Source: an uncultured Pseudomonadales bacterium
Lineage (GTDB): Bacteria; Pseudomonadota; Gammaproteobacteria; Pseudomonadales; UBA7239
Direction of reading: 5' to 3'
Assembly: GCA_964509075.1 (NCBI GenBank)
Contig: CAZDWC010000010.1
Span: 22,368-86,367, forward strand
Length of the DNA: 64,000 nucleotides
Part shown: positions 1 through 10,214 of the stretch, in pieces
Numbering within the stretch: position 1 is the first letter of the stretch
Layout: the number at the start of each line of letters is the position of its first letter
Translations under genes and position numbers: made by a program
The notes under the pieces: model-generated
The model's input: only the letters and a program-made list of their open reading frames with translations
Database searches by the model: none
Told to the model about the DNA's origin: nothing

Positions 1-104
1 GCGAACAGCTGTGGCAGATGATGGCGAAAATCTTTCCCGCCTATATCGAATACCAGCAAAAAACGGCGCGTCAGATTCCGGTTGTGGTGCTGGATCCCGC
101 TTGA
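1..104 (+). CDS. 3' end of an ORF cut by the window edge; C-terminus resembles the nitroreductase / deazaflavin-dependent (DDN, PF04075-like) family
   Basis: Frame 3 reads ...EQLWQMMAKIFPAYIEYQQKTARQIPVVVLDPA* (TGA 102-104). The C-terminal pattern matches the complete ORF 41893-42357 (...DLWPKLTAIYADFDEYRTRTAGVRHIPLFILEPR*). Absent from the ORF track because its start lies outside the window. Confidence 0.45.
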   Translation, partial: EQLWQMMAKIFPAYIEYQQKTARQIPVVVLDPA

Positions 105-745
105 TCCAGATACGACTCCAGCGCCAAACCAGCAAATAGCTCTCCTGTAAACAGATCGCCGCTGTCCGGCAGCTGCCGGACAGCAATGCGCTCACCCTGC
201 CATACAAACTCCAGCGCAGCGGCGTGCAAATAAGCGCGGTCCGCAGGTGTACCCCCGTAACGCGTATCACCCACTATCGGGCTGCCCAGCGCCTTCATCA
301 TCACCCGCAACTGGTGCGTGCGACCGGTGTGCGGTTTGAGCACAAACAAGCGCAAGCCCGGCGCAATGCTGTGCGATACAAATTGCGTGACTGCGGGATT
401 CTCGCGTGTGCGCAACAACTTCCAGTTGCCGTCACGCGTTTTCTGCATGTCGCCGCTGACCGCCCCCTGCTTTTTGGAAGGCTTGCGATCCGACAAAGCC
501 AGATAGGTTTTCTGCACGGCATGTGTTTCAAACAAATGCGAAAACTCTTGCGCTGCGGATTTGTTGCGCGCCACCAGCAACAGGCCTGACGTTACCTTGT
601 CGAGCCGGTGTACGGGAAAAAGTATTTCCTGCGGATATTGCGCCTGCAACTGCGCAAAAAAACCGGCACCGTCCTCACTGTGAAAGCTGATACCGGCGGG
701 TTTGTTAAAAATGAAAAAATCCGCATGCGTGACGATCGCCCTCAT
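71..745 (-). CDS. RluA-family pseudouridine synthase
   Basis: ORF 71-919(-). Motifs FIFNKPAGISFH and HRLDKVTSGLLLVARN (catalytic Asp loop). Start set at Met59 (ATG 745-743, MRAIVTHADFF) because residues 1-58 are the translation of the hairpin repeat at 738-899. Confidence 0.85.
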   Translation of the reverse strand: MRAIVTHADFFIFNKPAGISFHSEDGAGFFAQLQAQYPQEILFPVHRLDKVTSGLLLVARNKSAAQEFSHLFETHAVQKTYLALSDRKPSKKQGAVSGDMQKTRDGNWKLLRTRENPAVTQFVSHSIAPGLRLFVLKPHTGRTHQLRVMMKALGSPIVGDTRYGGTPADRAYLHAAALEFVWQGERIAVRQLPDSGDLFTGELFAGLALESYLDQAGSSTTTGI

Positions 746-899
746 CCGCCCCTTTGGGGCACCTTCTCCCCGAAGGGGAGAAGGAAAAAGGGGAGAAGGA
801 AAACCTGTCTGTGCATCTGGAATGCCTTCTCCACAGAGAGGGGAATGAAAAACCCTCTCCCGTTCGGGGAGAGGGTGGCGCGCCGCGCCGGGTGAGGGC
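738..899 (+). repeat. Modular REP/MITE-like palindromic repeat, long copy
   Basis: Imperfect terminal inverted repeats GCCCTCATCCGCC (738-750) and its partner GGCGCCGGGTGAGGGC (ending at 899). Internal hairpins CCTTCTCCCC-gaa-GGGGAGAAGG and CCCTCTCCC-gttc-GGGGAGAGGG. Near-identical arms recur at 21133-21232. Confidence 0.75.
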
Positions 900-903
900 A
901 GGA

Positions 904-2316
904 TTATTCCCGGCGCCACGTGGTACCCGTGCGTGCATCTTCCAGCACCACGCCCTGCGCTTTCAGCTCATCGCGAATCTGGTCGGCACGTGCAAAATTC
1001 TTGTCTTTCTTCGCTTGCACACGTTCAGCAATCAACGCTTCGATAGCCTCGGCACTTAAACCATCAGCACTGCCTGCCTGCAGGAAGCTGTCGGCATCTG
1101 CTTGCAGAATTCCCAACACCGCACCCAGTGATTTCAACACCGTTGCCAGGGAAACGGCACTGGCATCATTGGCCGCGCGCGCCGAATTCAATTGCCGTGC
1201 GATTTCAAACAATACGGCAATCGCTTCCGGCGTACCAAAATCATCATCCATCACTTCAATGAACCGCGCGACTTCCGGCTGCTGCTGATCCAACGCTGCC
1301 AAGGGCAGCACCGGCACATCCTGCAAACCGCGCAGCGCGGTGTAGAAACGCTCCAGCGCACCGCGCGCAATCTGCAAGTTTTCTTCCGAATAATTGATCG
1401 CGCTGCGGTAATGGCTGGCGAGCAAGAGATAACGCACGACTTCCGGATGGTACTGGTCGAGAATTTCACGGATCGTGAAAAAATTGCCGAGTGATTTCGA
1501 CATCTTCTCGTTGTTCACGCGCACTGCGCCGGCGTGCATCCAGTAATTGACATAGGTCTTGCCGGTAGCCGCTTCCGATTGCGCAATTTCATTTTCGTGA
1601 TGCGGAAACGGCAGATCGGGCCCGCCACCGTGGATATCAAAAGAATCACCGAGGCAGCAGGTCGACATCGCCGAACATTCGATATGCCAACCCGGGCGAC
1701 CGGGCCCCCAGGGCGAATCCCAGCTCACCTGCTGGTTGGCAGCGCCGGTGCCAGGTTTTACTGCTTTCCACAACGCGAAGTCGCGAGGATCGCGCTTTGC
1801 TTCATCAACTTCAATGCGCGCGCCGGCCAGCAACTCTTCCGGATTTTTTCCCGACAATTTGCCGTAGCCTTCAAACTTGCTGACCACATAGTAAACATCA
1901 CCATTGCTGGCATGATACGCATAACCGTTGTCGATCAGACGTTGCACCATGGCAATGATCCGCTCGATGTGTGCCGTCGCGCAGGGCTCAATATCCGGCC
2001 GCGCCACACCGAGTCGCGCTTCGTCCTCATGCATGGCCTGAATGAAACGCGCGGTGAGCGCGGTGTACGCCTCGCCGTTTTCATCCGCGCGCTTGAGAAT
2101 CTTGTCGTCGATATCTGTGATATTGCGCACATAGGTGACATGCCAGCCGCGCGCGCGCAGATAGCGTGTGATGGCATCAAACGCCACCAGCACGCGAGCA
2201 TGGCCGAGGTGGCAGTAGTCGTATACCGTCATGCCACAGACATACATGCGGATATGCCCGGCTACCTGCGGTACAAAATCCTGTTTCTGACGTGCAAGAG
2301 TGTTGTAGATCTTCAT
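904..2316 (-). CDS. cysS: Cysteinyl-tRNA synthetase
   Basis: ORF 904-2361(-). MKIYNTL start (ATG 2316), [15 protein letters not shown] (HIGH region), KMSKSLGN (KMSKS). Confidence 0.95.
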   Translation of the reverse strand: MKIYNTLARQKQDFVPQVAGHIRMYVCGMTVYDYCHLGHARVLVAFDAITRYLRARGWHVTYVRNITDIDDKILKRADENGEAYTALTARFIQAMHEDEARLGVARPDIEPCATAHIERIIAMVQRLIDNGYAYHASNGDVYYVVSKFEGYGKLSGKNPEELLAGARIEVDEAKRDPRDFALWKAVKPGTGAANQQVSWDSPWGPGRPGWHIECSAMSTCCLGDSFDIHGGGPDLPFPHHENEIAQSEAATGKTYVNYWMHAGAVRVNNEKMSKSLGNFFTIREILDQYHPEVVRYLLLASHYRSAINYSEENLQIARGALERFYTALRGLQDVPVLPLAALDQQQPEVARFIEVMDDDFGTPEAIAVLFEIARQLNSARAANDASAVSLATVLKSLGAVLGILQADADSFLQAGSADGLSAEAIEALIAERVQAKKDKNFARADQIRDELKAQGVVLEDARTGTTWRRE

Positions 2317-2439
2317 GGCATGCTCTTTATGGATATACCGGCCTGCAACTGCCGGCAGCACCGGGGCGGCAGTATGCGTGATTGGCGCTGCAGGTTAAAG
2401 CCCATAGAATGCATGAAAACCCTTCAGGATACTCACCAC

Positions 2440-2907
2440 ATGTCTCTGCATCATCGCCCACTATTTTTCGCACTTGCACTCGGAGCCATTGCACTCAGCG
2501 GCTGCGTAAAACTGTCGGCGTCAGGCCAGCGCGTGCAGCTGCTGGAAGCACCGGCGGCACCACCGGCTTGCGATAACGTAGGCAGCGTAACCGTGTCATC
2601 GGCAGACGCCCTGCGCAATGCCGCCGCTGCCGCAGAAGCGGACACCGCCTGGATGGAGCCTGTCAGTACCGGCGGCATGAGTTTCATTCGCGGCAAGCTG
2701 TTCCGCTGCCATGCGGTCGCCACAACAGAGGTCAGCTCCGCACCCGCGCCATCCAACACGCCCCGCACACCATTGGCAGCTACGACTCCTGCTGCCCCGG
2801 CATCAGCCGCGCAAAATGACGCGAACAGCCGCAAATCCGGTCTGTGCGCCAGCAAAGGCGGCCAGTGGGATGGCGAGAAGTGCTTCGTCATCATCCCGCT
2901 GGACTAG
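2440..2907 (+). CDS. Putative lipoprotein (DUF4156-like N-terminal part, Ala/Pro-rich C-terminal part)
   Basis: C-terminal third of ORF 1534-2907(+). MSLHHRPLFFALALGAIALSGC has a signal peptide and lipobox LSGC. Met 2413 is an alternative start. The upstream part of the long ORF is antisense to cysS. Confidence 0.6.
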   Translation: MSLHHRPLFFALALGAIALSGCVKLSASGQRVQLLEAPAAPPACDNVGSVTVSSADALRNAAAAAEADTAWMEPVSTGGMSFIRGKLFRCHAVATTEVSSAPAPSNTPRTPLAATTPAAPASAAQNDANSRKSGLCASKGGQWDGEKCFVIIPLD

Positions 2908-2928
2908 TGCGCATAACAGCAAGCGCTC

Positions 2929-4614
2929 TTATTTGCCGAAGGAATCCTTCAGGCCGATGGTGCGGTTGAACACCAGCCGGCCTGAGACACAATCAAAGCG
3001 ATCCGCACAGAAATAACCTTCGCGCTCGAATTGAAAACGTGTCTCCGGTTGCACATGGCGCAAGCTGGCTTCGCCCTTGCCGGTGACGACAGACAAGGAA
3101 TGCGGATTGATGAAATCGAGAAAGCTCTTGTCCTTGTCGGCTTCCGGATTTTCTGCGGTGAACAAACGCTCGTACAAGCGCAGTTCGACATCCACACACT
3201 GCGTGGCGGAAACCCAGTGAATCACGCCTTTGACCTTGCGCCCGTCGGCCGGATTCTTGCCGTGCGTATCCGGATCGTATGAGCAGCGCAATTCGACAAT
3301 CTCGCCATTCGCGTCTTTCAACACTTCATCGGCGCGTATCACGTAGGCATTGCGCAAGCGCACTTCCTGCCCGAGCACCAGGCGCTTGAAATCCTTCTCC
3401 GCCACTTCACGAAAATCATTCCTGTCGATGAACAATTCACGCGTAAACGGCAATTCGCGTGTGCCCATCTCTTCGCGCTGTGGATGATTGGAGGCCGACA
3501 AACGCTCGATTTTTTCCGCATCAAAGTTGGTGATCGTGATTTTCAGCGGATTGATCACACACATGGCGCGCGCGGCGTTCTTGTCGAGATCATCGCGAAT
3601 CGCAAATTCGAGCATACCGACATCCACCACACTTTCACTGCGCGTAACGCCGATCATCTCGCAGAACTGGCGCAGCGCTTGCGGCGTGACACCGCGACGG
3701 CGCAAGCCGGAAATGGTCGGCATGCGCGGATCGTCCCAGCTGCCCACATGTTTTTCATCCACCAGTTGTTTCAGTTTGCGTTTGCTGGTGACGGTGTAGT
3801 TCAGGTTCAGACGCGCGAATTCATACTGACGCGGGCGCGCCGGTACAGGCAAGTTGTCGAGGTACCAGTCGTACAGCGGTTTGTGATCCTCGAATTCCAG
3901 CGTGCAGATGGAGTGCGTAATGCCTTCGATGGCATCCGACTGGCCATGCGTGTAGTCATAGGTGGGATAGATGCACCACTTGTCGCCGGTCTGGTGATGA
4001 TGCGCACGACGAATGCGGTACATGATGGGGTCGCGCAGGTTGATGTTAGGGCTGGCCATGTCGATTTTCGCGCGCAGCACACATTCGCCATCGGCAAATT
4101 CGCCGTTTTTCATGCGGGTGAACAGATCGAGGTTCTCGGCGACGCTACGGCTGCGGTATGGGCTGTCCTTGCCGGGTTCGGTCAGACTGCCGCGATGGGC
4201 GCGGGCTTCGTCTGGCGTGAGGTGGCAGACATAGGCCTTGCCCTGCTCGATGAGATACACCGCCCAGGCGTAGAGCTGGTCAAAGTAATTGGAGGCGTAG
4301 CAGATGTCGCCCGCCCACTGGAACCCCAGCCAGCGCACATCCTCCTGGATGGATTGGATGTACTCATCGTTTTCCTTTTCCGGATTGGTGTCGTCGAAAC
4401 GCAGGTTGCAACTGCCGCCGAACTCCTCCGCCATACCGAAATTCAGGCAGATGGATTTCGCGTGACCGATGTGCAGGTAGCCATTCGGCTCCGGCGGGAA
4501 ACGCGTGTGCACACGGCCGGCGTGCGTGCCGGCCTCGATATCGGCTGCAATGATATGGCGGATGAAGTGCGCGGGTTTGGCGGCTTCTTCAGGCTTGCCG
4601 GGCTTGTTGCTCAT
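2929..4614 (-). CDS. glnS: Glutaminyl-tRNA synthetase
   Basis: ORF 2929-4695(-). [16 protein letters not shown] (HIGH) and TSKRKL (MSK-type motif). Start chosen at [10 protein letters not shown] (ATG 4614). Confidence 0.95.
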   Translation of the reverse strand: MSNKPGKPEEAAKPAHFIRHIIAADIEAGTHAGRVHTRFPPEPNGYLHIGHAKSICLNFGMAEEFGGSCNLRFDDTNPEKENDEYIQSIQEDVRWLGFQWAGDICYASNYFDQLYAWAVYLIEQGKAYVCHLTPDEARAHRGSLTEPGKDSPYRSRSVAENLDLFTRMKNGEFADGECVLRAKIDMASPNINLRDPIMYRIRRAHHHQTGDKWCIYPTYDYTHGQSDAIEGITHSICTLEFEDHKPLYDWYLDNLPVPARPRQYEFARLNLNYTVTSKRKLKQLVDEKHVGSWDDPRMPTISGLRRRGVTPQALRQFCEMIGVTRSESVVDVGMLEFAIRDDLDKNAARAMCVINPLKITITNFDAEKIERLSASNHPQREEMGTRELPFTRELFIDRNDFREVAEKDFKRLVLGQEVRLRNAYVIRADEVLKDANGEIVELRCSYDPDTHGKNPADGRKVKGVIHWVSATQCVDVELRLYERLFTAENPEADKDKSFLDFINPHSLSVVTGKGEASLRHVQPETRFQFEREGYFCADRFDCVSGRLVFNRTIGLKDSFGK

Positions 4615-4771
4615 GTTATGTGCTGCTCTTGGCTGCGTGCATGCCGGCTGGCAAACCTCGGCAGCGGTCAGGCTGGGCGGCGTGCAATAGGGCATGTACG
4701 GGTTTGGCGCGCTGGGCGCAGAGCGCGTATTATAGCCCCCCCATCACCACACCATAAATACAGGAAGCATC

Positions 4772-5269
4772 ATGTCTGTAGTCCTGCACACCACTCATGG
4801 CGATATCACCCTGGAACTGGATGCCGCGAAGGCACCGGTCACCGTGGCCAACTTTCTTGAATATGCCAAGAGCGGCTTCTACGCCGGCACCATTTTTCAC
4901 CGCGTCATCGACGGCTTCATGATCCAGGGCGGCGGCATGGAAGAAAACATGAGCCAGAAAAAGACGGGCGCCCAGATCCAGAATGAAGCCAACAATGGCC
5001 TCAAGAACGATGTCGGCACCATCGCCATGGCACGCACCATGGATCCGCACTCCGCCACCGCCCAGTTTTTCATCAACGTGAAAAACAATGACTTCCTCAA
5101 CTTCAAGTCCGAGACGTCACAGGGCTGGGGTTACTGTGTATTCGGCAAGGTCACTGACGGTATGGACGTGGTCAACAAGATCAAGGGCGTGAAAACCGGC
5201 TCGAAAAACGGTCACCAGGATGTACCGCTGGAATCCATCATTATCCAGTCCGTCACCGTCAACGACTGA
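4772..5269 (+). CDS. ppiB: Cyclophilin-type peptidyl-prolyl cis-trans isomerase B
   Basis: 165 aa. [14 protein letters not shown] and [18 protein letters not shown] are typical of cytoplasmic PpiB. Confidence 0.93.
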   Translation: MSVVLHTTHGDITLELDAAKAPVTVANFLEYAKSGFYAGTIFHRVIDGFMIQGGGMEENMSQKKTGAQIQNEANNGLKNDVGTIAMARTMDPHSATAQFFINVKNNDFLNFKSETSQGWGYCVFGKVTDGMDVVNKIKGVKTGSKNGHQDVPLESIIIQSVTVND

Positions 5270-5294
5270 AATATCACCCGATAGCACCGTCGCA

Positions 5295-6041
5295 ATGAAC
5301 GCTCTGTTCATTTCTGATCTGCATCTCAGCGAAGAAAGGCCGCACACCACTGCGGCCTTTCTTGCTTTTCTGGCCGACAGGGCGACGCATTGCCAACAAC
5401 TTTACATTCTCGGCGATTTTTTCGATGCCTGGATCGGTGACGATGATGATCGACCACTCGCACAGACCATCTCTAACGCTTTACATGATGTAGCACAAAA
5501 AGGCGTGCAGATTTTATTCCAGCACGGCAATCGCGATTTCCTTTTAGGTGCAGATTATGCCGGGCGTTGCGGCATGCATTTGCTGCCGGATTTTTTTGTG
5601 CTGCAAAATGGCACACAGCAAATCCTGCTGGCACACGGCGACCAGTTCTGTACTGGCGATACCGCCTACCAACAATTTCGCGCGCTGGTGCGCAAGCCGG
5701 AATGGCAGCGAGAATTTCTCGCCAAACCGCTGGATGAACGCCGCGCAATCGCCGCACAGCTGCGCGCAAAAAGTCGCGAAGCCAACAGCATGAAAGCTGA
5801 AGATATCATGGATGTGACAGCAGCCGAGATTGAAACCGCGCTCATGGCACACCAGTGCACAACACTTATCCACGGCCACACACACCGTCCCGCATGGCAC
5901 TCGCTGACAATGCGCGATAACCGCGCCGCAAAACGCGCGGTCCTCGGCGAGTGGGATGACTGTCAGGGCGTTATCGCCATGCTGGACGAGCAACAACTCA
6001 TGCTACAGGGATTAGGCGACAACCCTGCGTCCGTGAGCTAG
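5295..6041 (+). CDS. lpxH: UDP-2,3-diacylglucosamine pyrophosphohydrolase
   Basis: ORF 5220-6041(+), start at MNALFISDLHL (ATG 5295). Metallophosphoesterase motifs DLHL, GDFFDAWIGDD, GNRDF, HGHTHRP. Sits next to ppiB as in Pseudomonas. Confidence 0.9.
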   Translation: MNALFISDLHLSEERPHTTAAFLAFLADRATHCQQLYILGDFFDAWIGDDDDRPLAQTISNALHDVAQKGVQILFQHGNRDFLLGADYAGRCGMHLLPDFFVLQNGTQQILLAHGDQFCTGDTAYQQFRALVRKPEWQREFLAKPLDERRAIAAQLRAKSREANSMKAEDIMDVTAAEIETALMAHQCTTLIHGHTHRPAWHSLTMRDNRAAKRAVLGEWDDCQGVIAMLDEQQLMLQGLGDNPASVS

Positions 6042-6925
6042 TGTAGCCTGCCAGGAACATCCCCCAGCAATTCCGCCATGTCCGCAGCGTCATACGCGTA
6101 GTGGCTGCCGCAAAACTGGCAATCTACTGCCACTTTCTCCTGCTCGGCAAATAACTTCTGCAACTCGTCACGCCCTAGCATCGCCAGTGCAGCGCGCGAA
6201 CGCTCAACGCTGCAGGTACACGAAAAACGCACCGGCTCCGCATCAAACACACGCACAGTCTCTTCATAAAATAGTCTGTGCAACAGCATTTCGCATGGCA
6301 AATTCAGTAATTCATTTTCAGTCAGCGTCCCGGCCAAATGGCACAGACGACCCCAGCCATCATCTTCTGTATCGCCAGCCATATCTTCATCGGCACTGCA
6401 TGGCATTGCCTGCAACAACAATCCGGCAGCGCGCTCGCCATCGCACACCAGCCACAACGCCGTGGGCAACTGTTCGGATTGCGAAAAGTAATCCGCAAGA
6501 CAATCCTGCAAACGCGCTCCCTGCAGCGGTACGATGCCCTGATAGCTGTCGCCGTCATCCGGCAACAGCGTCACCGCAAGGTAACCTTCGCCCAATAACT
6601 GTGAAAGCGGCTGACCGACAACTGCATCATCATCGAGATCAATAACGCCGCGCACACCTGCATCCTGCGTACTCTCGGCCACCAGCAAGCGCAGGCTGCC
6701 ATTGCCGCGCGCCTGAATGGCGAGCCGCCCTTGCAGTTTGATATTACGCGTCAGCAATACCGCAGCCGCAAGGCTTTCACCCAGCAATAGGTTCGCCACC
6801 GCAGTACCAGTCTGGCCAGACAGCACAGCCTGATAACTCTCGTGCAACTGCACCCAGACACCGCGCACCGGGGCAGACTCGAACAGGAAACGCACAGCCT
6901 GATCGGAAAATTTTCTTTCTGTCAC
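6038..6925 (-). CDS. hslO: Redox-regulated chaperone Hsp33
   Basis: 295 aa. C-terminal zinc centre CTCS...CQFCG. Confidence 0.9.
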   Translation of the reverse strand: MTERKFSDQAVRFLFESAPVRGVWVQLHESYQAVLSGQTGTAVANLLLGESLAAAVLLTRNIKLQGRLAIQARGNGSLRLLVAESTQDAGVRGVIDLDDDAVVGQPLSQLLGEGYLAVTLLPDDGDSYQGIVPLQGARLQDCLADYFSQSEQLPTALWLVCDGERAAGLLLQAMPCSADEDMAGDTEDDGWGRLCHLAGTLTENELLNLPCEMLLHRLFYEETVRVFDAEPVRFSCTCSVERSRAALAMLGRDELQKLFAEQEKVAVDCQFCGSHYAYDAADMAELLGDVPGRLH

Positions 6926-6927
6926 AT

Positions 6928-7380
6928 CTACTCCAGAGGATCGATCTGTTCACAGCCAACTTGCGCATAGCGCTCACGAAACTCTTCAAGCTTCGTGGCA
7001 CGCTCGCGCTCCGGCACTTTTTCATCCTTGCCGTTTTCATCCAGGAACACGCCACGATCACCGCGTGCAATTGACTGAATATCCTTTTTCATTTTTTCGC
7101 AATAAGGCCCTATCGCCTTGCGCAGTTTCTCAATGCGCTTGTGCTCCAGCGCTTTCTCATCCTGTGTTTTTTCTGCAGTCGCGCCGCTCAGTGGCACAAT
7201 GCTCCGGGAAGACTCGTCAACATTGATCTTTTCCAGTTGCTTGTCCATCACTTCGACACGCGCCTTTTCGGGCGCCTTGTCGCCAAAGTGCGTTTTGCCG
7301 CTTGCATCCACCCATTTATAGACTTCGGCCTGCGCAGCAACACAAGACATCAGCCACAAAATTATCAGTATACGCTTCAT
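6928..7380 (-). CDS. Secreted DUF4124-domain protein
   Basis: ORF 6928-7575(-), start at MKRILIILWLMSCVAAQA (signal peptide, ATG 7380), followed by EVYKWVDASGKTHFGDKAP, the DUF4124 signature. Confidence 0.7.
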   Translation of the reverse strand: MKRILIILWLMSCVAAQAEVYKWVDASGKTHFGDKAPEKARVEVMDKQLEKINVDESSRSIVPLSGATAEKTQDEKALEHKRIEKLRKAIGPYCEKMKKDIQSIARGDRGVFLDENGKDEKVPERERATKLEEFRERYAQVGCEQIDPLE

Positions 7381-7399
7381 AAAACCTCCGTTTGACTGT

Positions 7400-7828
7400 T
7401 CAATCAGCCGACGCTCCGTTGTGTTCATTGAACAGCCCCAGCAGTTGCCGGCGCTCCTTCTTGTTGGGTCGATGGTCAAACACCGGTGCCGACAGATTTT
7501 CGGCCTTGCGCTGGGCAGCTTGCAATGTGCGCAAGCGCAAACTTTCTTCTGTTTCACAATACAGAGCTTGTGCACGGGCAGCCGGCCCGCGCTGATCCGA
7601 CAAGCCTGCGACGACTACCGTGCGCACATCAAAACCCTGTTTCACTTGCAAGACTGCACCCACCGCAATGTCGCGACCGGGTTTCACGCCCTGTCCATCG
7701 ACCTTGACCTGGCCTTTTTCGATCGCCTGTTTGGCGAGGCTGCGCGTCTTGAAAAAACGCGCGGCCCACAACCATTTGTCCAACCGGCATTTGTCCAGCC
7801 GGATTTTATCTTGCACAGTTTGCGTCAT
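7400..7828 (-). CDS. hslR: Heat-shock protein 15, S4-domain RNA-binding ribosome-recycling factor
   Basis: 142 aa. RLDKWLWAARFFKTRSLAKQAIEKGQVKVDGQ is the S4 fold signature. Lies between the yrfG-like gene and hslO. Confidence 0.88.
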   Translation of the reverse strand: MTQTVQDKIRLDKCRLDKWLWAARFFKTRSLAKQAIEKGQVKVDGQGVKPGRDIAVGAVLQVKQGFDVRTVVVAGLSDQRGPAARAQALYCETEESLRLRTLQAAQRKAENLSAPVFDHRPNKKERRQLLGLFNEHNGASAD

Positions 7829-8499
7829 GCGATGGGCAACACCTCATCAAAATCGGCAATGGCAGGAAACTCTGCCACTTCACGCATCGGTGCACGGCTG
7901 TCGGGAAACGTGATGCATAACAATTGCGCGATGCCGTAATCATGCGCGGCACGCAACACGGATAGCGTGTCATCCACAAACACACAGCGCGCAGGATCAA
8001 ACGGATGTGTGTGCTGCAGGGCTTGCCAGAACGCCTGTGTTTCCTTCGCCGCACCCAGCTGATGTGAACTGACGATACGATCCAGCCACTGCGCCAGCGG
8101 CGTGTGTTCCAGTTTCAGGTTGACGCTGTCCATGTGGGCATTGGTCACCAGCCAGATCTGCTTGCCCGCCGCACGCAAGGCCTGCAAAAAAGCAGCGCTG
8201 TGCGGACGCATGGCGATGAGATGACTGACTTCGCGCTTGAGCGCGACAATGTCCAACCCCAATTCCTGTTGCCAGAAATCCAGGCAGTACCAGTTGAGCT
8301 TGCCGTGCTCTTCGGCAAAACGCGCTTCCAGATGGGCGAGTGCAGCATCTGGCGCCAGCCCCTGCTGTTCGGCGTAGCGTTTCGGCAAATGCTGTTGCCA
8401 GAAGTGATTGTCGAAATACAAATCCAGCAGCGTACCGTCCATGTCGAGCAGGACAGTATCAACGCGTTGCCAGTCAACTTTTCCCGATATCGGCGTCAC
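7825..8499 (-). CDS. yrfG: HAD-superfamily hydrolase (GMP/IMP nucleotidase YrfG-like)
   Basis: 224 aa. HAD motif I LLDMDGTLLD and motif IV VFVDD. Overlaps the hslR start by 4 nt, giving the conserved yrfG-hslR order. Confidence 0.75.
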   Translation of the reverse strand: MTPISGKVDWQRVDTVLLDMDGTLLDLYFDNHFWQQHLPKRYAEQQGLAPDAALAHLEARFAEEHGKLNWYCLDFWQQELGLDIVALKREVSHLIAMRPHSAAFLQALRAAGKQIWLVTNAHMDSVNLKLEHTPLAQWLDRIVSSHQLGAAKETQAFWQALQHTHPFDPARCVFVDDTLSVLRAAHDYGIAQLLCITFPDSRAPMREVAEFPAIADFDEVLPIA

Positions 8500-8573
8500 A
8501 GGCTGGATCCATTTGAACAGACCGCCATCTTACCGGATGCATCCCCCGGCAATCACCGTTCAAGGCAGGCTTT

Positions 8574-10214
8574 TCACAACAGGTTTTTCAATAACAGACC
8601 TGCGGCTGCCAGCAATATCAGCCCCGCCATGAGCCATGGCCAGCGTGCAGGCGTTGCGGCTGCAGATGTTGCGGACGCCAGGACACAGGTCTCGGCTTCC
8701 GATTGTTGCGCATCCAGCTCCAGCAATACCTCTGCAAAACGCTGGCAGGCGTCCTGTCGCTGCACACACAGCATGCGCTGCAACAGCAGCTTCAACGGTC
8801 CAGGCAAACGCTGCCACTGCCGTGAAGGCTTGAGCGCTCCCCGTTCAAACACCGGTTTTTCACCCAACAACATTTCATGGAAGATGACACCGGCACTGAA
8901 TACATCTGCCTGTTCGTGATCGCAGACTTCTATTCCCGTCACGCGGCAACAGTCATAGGGCGACTGTGCTGCTTCCTCGTCGGCGGCAAATCCGAAATCG
9001 GCAACACGCACCACACCGTCCTGCGTGAACAGAATATTGGACGGCCGCAGCTGCCCATGGTGCAGGCCATTGCGCGCGGCGTGCAGCAAGGCCGACGTCA
9101 CGGCACGCGCCACCACATAGAACTCCGGCAGTTCCCATGGCGACAACAGACGCTCCGCCAGCGTGCCGCCAGCCAGGTACTCCGCCGCCACCACAAACAA
9201 GCGCTCGTTGCCGCTCACTCCCAGCACCCGCGCCAGATTCGGGTGCTCCAGATGCAATAGTCGTTGCGCCTCCTTGTAACCACCACTACCGGCATTGCGC
9301 TTTTTCAATACCAGCAGCTGCCGGCTGTTGCGCTCTTCAAACAGGTAGACAGCGCCATCGCTGCACTCTTTCAACACATCCAGCAACACATGGTTTTTCT
9401 TGCCGAAACTCTCCTGCGCGCGCTGGCGCTGTGTACTGGAGAGATGTGCGCCCGCCGATATCTGCAACAGGCGCTGGTAAATATGCGAAACATCCGGTGG
9501 ACGGCGCTCGGGGCTGACATCCAGGCACTCGCTGAGCAGACGATCCAGCTCGGCAGGAAATGCCGGCTGCGCGTGGGCAATCGGCCGGTAGGCCTGCCTG
9601 CGCGGCGGCGGCATTCCCGCCAGCAATTCGTACATCAGCAATCCCAAGGCATAGATATCGGTCTTTTCACTGGCACAGGCGTTGTCGTAAAGCAATTCGG
9701 GAGCCATGTAGTTGGCCGTACCCATCGCTTCCACGTTTTTCTCCTCAACCAGCATGGCAATGCCGAAATCCAGCACGCGCGCATGCCCCTGCTTGTCGAC
9801 AATCACATTGGCGGGCTTGATGTCGCGGTGGATGATGCCGTTCTTGTGCGCATAGGCGATGGCCTGGCAAATCTGCAGGCACAGCGCCAACCGACGCTGG
9901 AAAGACAGGTTGTTGAGGCGGATGGCCTGCGCCAGATCCACGCCCTCGACGTACTCCATCACGAAGTACGGCTGCCCCTGCGGCATCACGCCACGATCAA
10001 TGATGTGAATGATGTGAGGGTGATTGAGACTGGCGACCAGACGCGCCTCGCGCTCGAACGATTGCCGCACCACTTCGTCTGTCAGCAGGCCGTTGCTGAG
10101 CACCTTGATGGCCACCGGCCGCTCCAGCGACAGTTGTTGGCCGCGGTATACCGTGGCCATGCCGCCCTCACCAATCTTGCCGCCTAGCTCATAGCCTGCC
10201 AACTGCACAGACAA
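8574..10214 (-). CDS. Tail-anchored Ser/Thr protein kinase with a second, degenerate kinase-like domain
   Basis: 546 aa. Domain 1: GEGGMATVY, VAIKVL, HRDIKPANV, DFGIA, MAPE. Domain 2: HHGQLRPSNILF (catalytic Asp replaced), VADFGFA, ADVFSAGVIFHEML. The single C-terminal TM is WPWLMAGLILLAAAGLLL. Confidence 0.85.
   Translation of the reverse strand: MSVQLAGYELGGKIGEGGMATVYRGQQLSLERPVAIKVLSNGLLTDEVVRQSFEREARLVASLNHPHIIHIIDRGVMPQGQPYFVMEYVEGVDLAQAIRLNNLSFQRRLALCLQICQAIAYAHKNGIIHRDIKPANVIVDKQGHARVLDFGIAMLVEEKNVEAMGTANYMAPELLYDNACASEKTDIYALGLLMYELLAGMPPPRRQAYRPIAHAQPAFPAELDRLLSECLDVSPERRPPDVSHIYQRLLQISAGAHLSSTQRQRAQESFGKKNHVLLDVLKECSDGAVYLFEERNSRQLLVLKKRNAGSGGYKEAQRLLHLEHPNLARVLGVSGNERLFVVAAEYLAGGTLAERLLSPWELPEFYVVARAVTSALLHAARNGLHHGQLRPSNILFTQDGVVRVADFGFAADEEAAQSPYDCCRVTGIEVCDHEQADVFSAGVIFHEMLLGEKPVFERGALKPSRQWQRLPGPLKLLLQRMLCVQRQDACQRFAEVLLELDAQQSEAETCVLASATSAAATPARWPWLMAGLILLAAAGLLLKNLL

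Noticed and set aside
746-919. N-terminal 58 residues of ORF 71-919 and the overlapping ORFs 608-895, 705-938 and 754-1059
   Set aside because: They are translations of the palindromic repeat (738-899); the same peptide-like strings recur at the second repeat copy.
1534-2412. Long + strand ORF (457 aa in the track) covering the cysS region
   Set aside because: It is antisense to a well-supported cysS and has no recognisable motifs. Only its last about 155 codons (the lipoprotein beyond the cysS start) look genuine. Long antisense ORFs are expected in GC-rich DNA.
3484-4860. 458-aa + strand ORF
   Set aside because: Antisense to glnS, with Arg/Ala/Val-rich composition typical of the shadow frame of GC-rich genes.
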